Below are positions 52,620-58,897 of a stretch of 58,897 nt of DNA, one piece after another. Each line of letters starts with the position of its first letter. Positions within the stretch are counted from its first letter, which is position 1. Location: assembly GCA_015680685.1 (NCBI GenBank), contig MNCI01001119.1:1-58897 (forward strand). The letters run 5' to 3'. The notes under the pieces were generated by a model, which saw nothing but the letters and a program-made list of their open reading frames with translations, was not told the origin of the DNA and did not search any database. This DNA is from Gnetum montanum. Lineage: Eukaryota > Plantae > Gnetophyta. Position numbers and translations under genes: made by a program.

Positions 52620-54280
52620 TAGCGTAAGCGTGAGTAAATGGACATAGTGTAAGTTTAGAGGACCAGTGCATATCATGAGCTATTGGATAGCAATGCAACA
52701 TGAGCGACTAGGAGTGTGCAGCGTGAGTAAGATGAAGGGTAAGGGGAACTAGGAATGGGGAAAGGGAAGCAGGAATGGGGAAAGGGGAAGAAGCAGAAAA
52801 TCTTGGGGTTTGTGAAGGAGAGCAAGGAATTACTCCAACAACTTCCACAACCTAGGGTTACTTTGTGGGTTGGAACCCTGCGCAGGTTTATTCCTTCCCT
52901 CCTTTCCTATTATTTTTCTTGCAGCGTAACATCAATGAGTGGCAGCATGAGTTATGAGAGCCACAGATTTTTGGTGTTTGTGGGCGATTTCTGGTTGTGT
53001 TGAGAGTGACTTCATTTCCTCCCTACATTTCAGGGTTTTTGTGTTCCATTTTAATTCATAATTGCAGTGTGATTTCCCCTAAGATTGCAACGTGAGTGGC
53101 CCTAAAACAATCACGTATTAGTGCATTTTTGTTGCATTTTTATGCATTTTTTGTGCATTTTTTGTTATGTTTTGAGCATCTATTATTTTGATTTGGACTT
53201 GGGGCTACTATTTTTATTCCTGTTGCTGGTTTTGAGCTATCATGAGCAACATAGGGCATGCCCACAAGGAGCATGAGTCGTAAGGATTGCCACCCTTTGG
53301 GTATTTTTGGTTGCATTTTGGCTGGGAGAACCAGTGTTTTGAATTGCTATTTATTATGGCATAAATTGCAGGGCTACATCTCTAGCATTAGTTGCAAGGA
53401 TGTTTGAAATATAGCATGTTTTAGGGCCTTTTAGAACATGGTGTGATTTACTAGCCTCCAAACCAGGACGTGAGTGATTGGTTCCTACTACAACATGAGC
53501 TCATGCATTACTAATTTGCAGTGTGATTGCTCCTTAATGTTTCCCCTCTTTTTCATCGTGAGTTATCGTATTTAATTATTAGTGTAAGTGAATTGATTGT
53601 GGTGTGGGGAATTGGACAAGGGCAACGTGAGTAACTGTCCTTGTTACAACGTGAATACCCGTCAGGCTTGCTCAGCGTGAGTAATGACTTTTGCTTGGTA
53701 GCATGAGGGGTTTGCTTCGGCATGGTGAACTACTATTGGCAGTGTTAGTGACTACCTTGTAGCATGAGTCAATGTTGGTAGGGTGATCAACTACCTTGGT
53801 ATTGCATCGTGAGCCAACCTTGAAGTTTGTGCTACAAGAAAATTACAGTGTGAGGTAACCACCTTATAGTGTTAGCTACTTCCTTGGCAACATAAGGCAT
53901 TCTGTTGGCTATGTGAGATAATGTTTTCACCTAGCAGTTGCTTTGGTAGCGTGAGTTTACTATTCACCATGGTGTGAGCAACCTTACACACAACGTGAGC
54001 AACCTCATGTGCAGCGTGAGTTTCTTCCCACATACAGCGTGAGTGACTGCCAAGTATAGTGTAAATTGTTGTCTTTAGTTGCAGTTGTAGCATTACCAGT
54101 TCCTACTACACCATGGGTAACCCTCATTGTCACATGAGTTGGCTATCCTGGCAATGTGAGTTAAATTTATCATGAGCTACTGCCATCTCCAGTTGTAACA
54201 CAATTGATTTACCATGTGTAGCATGAGTTTCTCCTATGTGTGGTGTGAGTTGTAGTATTTAAAATAGCGTGAACTATGTG
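52620..54280 (+). repeat. Dispersed (G/A)CGTGAG motif cluster upstream of the antisense gene in D
   Basis: GCGTGAGT/ACGTGAGT/GCATGAGT at ~52628, 52721, 53090, 53468, 53626, 53675, 53762, 53949, 54014, 54037, 54221. Confidence 0.7.
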
Positions 54281-54568
54281 ATACTTTTCACTTATGAGTG
54301 TGATGATTTTTGGTAACTTAAACCATTAATGTGATTTTTGCAAACGTTATCCTTTTAATGTTGGTGTTACCTAGTGGATTCTAATGTTCCCCATTGAGTG
54401 TTAGATACACCAAACAAATATCGGAGTTCTTGTCCCAAGGGGTAATCTTGCATGTGCGTTGAATGTTATTTACTCGTTAGGTTTATTTACTTATTTTTTT
54501 ATTTTTTTTGTTTAGTTTATATGTTTTATATGTTTTAAGTTACTTACTTAAGGTTCTGCTCTATGCAG

Positions 54569-57500
54569 GGGACTTAAGCCTTTTCTTTTGGTGGTGGAAC
54601 TCATGGGTGTGTTTTCATGATTTGGTCCCTTGGAGCCTAATGCACCTTGTCATGACATGGAGATAAGATCACAAGGGTTATGGTTTCATTTGGGCTCTAG
54701 TGAATTTTTATCATTTATCCTGTAGGGTTTTAGCATGGTCATCTGGTCTCATTTAAGTGAATAATTGGCTCGTAGTATTTTTGAGACCATACTACTTGGC
54801 TCATCTCATGACATATTGGCCTTCATCGTTGATGTGGATGAGGGATTATTAAAAGTTAACGGAGGTCCTACCAAAGGTCCTCGATCTACCTGTCCTCTAA
54901 CTTGTGTTTGGGAGTTACCATCTTGTAGCCACTACAATAGTAGTAACACCTTTTTCCTAGCTTTCCATGTACATACATTATTCCAAAAGCCGCCTGGAAC
55001 AGTGTACAGGGTGGAGAGGTAAGCTTTCTTTTTTTTATCTTTATTTTGTTTGCTTTGGTGTTATACTGTTGTTTATGTTTGACTATCTTTTCCTTGGTAG
55101 GCCCCATTTTGATGAGCGTGGGATGCGCAGGAATGATGATGGACTCGACTTAACGTGTACAGCCTTGGAGACTTTCATGGTGGGCCCCACTCTTCATGGT
55201 ACTATGTTGGCTCAAACGAAGGGTGCTATTATCCATTATCATAAGTAGTTTTCTAGGGTTTTTGAACATTGTGAAGCTCATTGGTGGCTACATGAAGATT
55301 GGTCTCGCAATGGACTCACTTTCCCTCAAGCATTTGATCTAATGCCAAGTGTGCCTGATCCATTTGCTAATGGTAAGTGATTGTGGTCTAAGCTTCGTTT
55401 TTATCTTTGCTACCCCATTGTTTATCATGATGTTGATTTTTTTTTGTTTAACATGTTTTTACAATGGATATTACCCCTGGTGGGGTTACCATCGTGTCTG
55501 GGAGTACTGAGGGTATCTTGTTCATGAATTACAGGGAGACGAAAGATTCGCAATGGTGGTTGCATACAAAGGCACCTCAACATGTCATCACTTGCCTTAC
55601 CGATGCTGGTCTGATGGATCTATTCAGTGCCTTGACTCCTAACGTTCCCGTGACTGAAATGGTTTCCATCATTGATTCTTTCAATGATGATATTACTTAT
55701 TTTAGCACGCGATTTTGGGGGGTTAAGGTGGTATTTCATCGTACTACCAAATTCTTTTCAGATCTCTTTGGTGTACCAGCATATGGTGTCAAAGTAGCAG
55801 TGGACAAGGCCAACAGAGAAGGTCATGTGATTAAGGACCTTGAGGAATGGTTGGGTCTGTCACGGGGTTCCAAGGGCTTCCCTATGCAAGTGGACTCTAA
55901 AGTGATGGAAGTGAATTTGTTGTACCCATTGTTTAGAGCATGCACATTTTCAAAGTCTCTATCTCAAGTGAGAACTCTTGGGGTAGAGCCCGCATGTATC
56001 ATGCGCTCGATCCTAGAGACTAGTATGCATTATAATTGGGCATAGTTCTTGGTTTTAGGCTTCCATGGGGAGATTATCAGATTACATTCTAACGTGAATG
56101 TGCAGTCCCACTTCACTTTTGCGTTGAGTTCCTAGTGGTCCATGGAGGTAGTCAGTATGTGTTGAGGGACCATGCCCAAATATCTTGCCCTTGGATTCAT
56201 CACCTGTTCATCCTTACCAGATCACAAGATGCCCCTGAAGGTATTGAGGAATTAGTCTCCGTTACAATAGGGGGTGTTGCTAGTCATTCCCACCATACAC
56301 AGGATAGCATAGGGTTGGAACCACCAAGGTTGCATAGCACTGCCAGGAGAGCTGATCGTGTGATCAAGGAGACAATCGAGAAGGCTAAGTCTAAGGTGCA
56401 GAGACCTAAGCATCTTAGGGAATCTAGTCCGAAGACTAGATCACAAAGAGAAAAACACATTAGATTCATATTTCCAAAAAAAGGTAAGTATATTTTTATT
56501 TATTGTTAGTGTTTTTATCTTGCTTTTTTGATTTTATTCATTCATTTAAATTGGTATGGTTACTATGTCATGTTAACTTTGAATTTATGAATGTCATTAG
56601 AGGAAACCCCTGGAAGAGAAAGGGAGGAATCAGCTCTAGTGGTTAAACTAGAAGTGATTCCCACTAAGATGGATGGGAAAGAAGAAGAAGAAGCTCATGA
56701 ATAAGTGATCAGGGAGATTCTCATTTCCCTAGAAAGAGGTGAGGAAGAAGCCATGGAAACGAATCTTGCAGATGGTTCAAATGTCTCCAGACATTCAAGT
56801 GAAGAGAGAGAGATATTTGATGGCTACTTTGAGGGGTCATTACATCTTGATGACCCACCTGAGTTGACCGACCAAGGAATTTTCGATATGTTTTAATTCT
56901 TGCTCTATGTTTTCCTCTATATTTTTTTTGGTTTTGACTGGTTACGAAAATTTTTGTTGATACAAGACTTAAGTGCTGAGACATCGGAGGCTCATAATCA
57001 TCGAATAGAAGTACTGAGATTATGGACAATAGTTGAAACGAAAACTCAAGTTCGTCCAAAATCCACAAATGAATCTAAACTATGGCTTAAAATGCCAAAC
57101 AAAGTGGACTTTGTTACAGGCATTATCAATGATGTGGTAGCTTGTTTACAAGAAGCTAACCTTGAATTAGGTATGCACATGTGATGTGTAACATCAAATG
57201 ACCTGAGTTAATTCGTTGTGTTTATTTGATTTTTCATTGGCTAAGTTGTGTGGTTCTTGTATTGGTAGGTGCCAAGCTTTAATGGGACCCTTGTAAGGCA
57301 ACCCATATCAATGCTCTACCTGAACTTCTTGAAGACATTGGACAAGTTTCTAGAAAGATTTATGATGCAGTTGTAGGTTGTGTGGTTCAAAATGCTAAAT
57401 CTCTCTGGACTTGCAGGCGTTCCATTGAACATTTTTGGCAAAAAGTTCAATCGGCAGAAAAGAATGTTGCCAAGCAAGCAAAAGAGAGAAATGACTACAA

Positions 57501-58239
57501 AGCCCATTATGATTTCACATTTTCTAGGTTGGTGGGTGATAGTACTTGGCATACTTCCAAGATCACCTATGCTCATTATTGGAATATCCTAAACAGTAAG
57601 GTACATGTGACTTGGGAGCTAGCTAAACAAAGGGTCCAAATTGATTTGTTGAATCGAAAATGTCAAGAGTGGAAATCCTTTGTCACCAAAGTATGTAAAT
57701 GGGTCCAAGACCAAAAAGATCACAAGTACCAGTACAAGAAGTCGCTAAAAGAAGAGTCCATTGAATGCCATCAGTTGGATATTTTTGTTGAGGTATTGGG
57801 CTTACGCACTTCCTATGATAGGTTTGTTGAATGTACGGTAGTGGAGGGGTCTCCTAAGCGATCCATCACTACTACCTCTGGGGAAGTTTTGGTAGGCCAA
57901 TTTCCTCTTGAACATCCTTCCTAGACATCGGTGGACAAGGGTAAAGCTGTAGTCGATGATGATTTAGGTCTTGAAGAAGATTGGTCATGCATGCCAGAAG
58001 AAGAGATTCTTCATCGTATAGAATTTGGTGTTAGACCTTCTTCTCTTGTAAGCATTTCAGTCTTGTAACCTTTCATTATTTTTGGTTAGTTTTTTAATTC
58101 ATTTTTTGTTTACTAATTAGTTGTTTTTGTACTTTTGTTGTTGTAGGGTCAAAATGGTGATGAGGGCGGCCCTAGTGGAGTCGGACCTAATGATGTAGAG
58201 GAGTTTGGGGATCAGCCCCTTCCTAGCACCGATGCCTAG
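54569..58239 (+). pseudogene. Multi-exon antisense accessory gene in D (mildly decayed; PMD/DUF1985-like central exon, tentative)
   Basis: Exons ~54569-55018, 55101-55372, 55465-56483, 56601-56876, 56967-57170, 57269-58047, 58147-58239; mostly canonical GT(AAG)...AG introns, two splice sites mutated. Confidence 0.8.
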
Positions 58240-58622
58240 TTTAGCTTGTTATTCTTGTTAATCTTGTCATTTTTTTGTTGTAATTTGTTATTTTTGATAA
58301 TCAATGGGGACATGTAACCTGATCATGATATAATACAATACATTCACACATTTTTTTAGCTCTTTTCTTTTAAAAGATGTAAGAGGAATGATAGTGATGT
58401 AGATAACATGTAAAGGGAAATTGTAATGTGTAAAACATAAAATATGGCTAAGAATGTAAATAAGGAATCTGATTTTGATGAAACTTAAATGCACTGTGTT
58501 CTAGTTTAAGGCCATCTTGGGCCACATGTGTCAGTTTAAAGTCATGACGGACTGTTTTACTTATGTTACGAAAGAGGGGGAAATTTTAACTATTTTTGGG
58601 TAGTTTAACATCATTTCGGATG

Positions 58623-58897
58623 TGTTGGCGACCGTTTGGGACGCGATCGCCAACGAGTGTCCTCGAACAGGATTTAGGTGCCTGCTGGTCTCTGGCTACA
58701 CCAAGGCCCAGATACCTCCAAATAACTCAGTAGTTAATGTGAGTATGTGTGTGTGCTGTTGCGGCGTGCGGTTGTGTGCAATGTAACGATTGCGTGTGTG
58801 TGAAATACAAATGACTTACTTTATGAGATTCAGCCAACTTTGCCAAGTACTGTGAGTTGTTGAAAGTTTCCTATTTTGTTCAAACTACCTAGTCTAC
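58623..58897. repeat. Terminus of a younger, CpG-richer LTR inserted into D
   Basis: Starts TGTTGGCGA, with inverted TCGCCAAC nearby; abrupt rise in CpG content. Confidence 0.5.

Larger units (their letters stand above)
45036..58620 (-). mobile_element. Tat/Ogre-type element 'D' (3' LTR, PPT, pol, antisense gene); gag lies beyond the window or interruption
   Basis: LTR 45036-47074 related to the B LTR; PPT 47075-47088; pol 48771-52240. Confidence 0.88.

Noticed and set aside
54569-58239. Interpretation as an ordinary host gene
   Set aside because: Homologs occupy the same position inside three separate retrotransposon copies in this window

Overview
Plant heterochromatin-type window made almost entirely of nested, decayed Ty3/gypsy LTR retrotransposons; no intact host gene was found. 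1-8830 (+) holds three interrupted Athila-type pieces (tRNA-Asp PBS; gag-PR-RT-RH-partial INT). The rest holds four related Tat/Ogre-type elements (tRNA-Asn PBS where present; RT-RH-aRH-INT order). Element A (-, 8959-38503) appears to be inserted into C (-, ~38504-44480). Element B (+, 24989-35151, internally deleted, two LTRs, degenerate TSD) is inserted into A's gag. Element D (-, 45036-~58620) is cut by a younger LTR at 58623. Most notable: in A and D the ~6 kb between protease and RT contains a multi-exon GT-AG antisense gene with matching intron positions, and B keeps its last exon and intron. Family-specific CG-containing motifs are repeated both in the LTR and upstream of that gene (TACGCT in A, CACGCT/GCGTGA in B/D), which suggests, as a hypothesis, an element-encoded sequence-specific regulator or anti-silencing system. 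A GC-rich island at 36206-36830 encodes a decayed coiled-coil plus HPD (J-domain-like) protein next to poly-G sequence of doubtful assembly quality. Coordinates were read by eye and boundaries are approximate.
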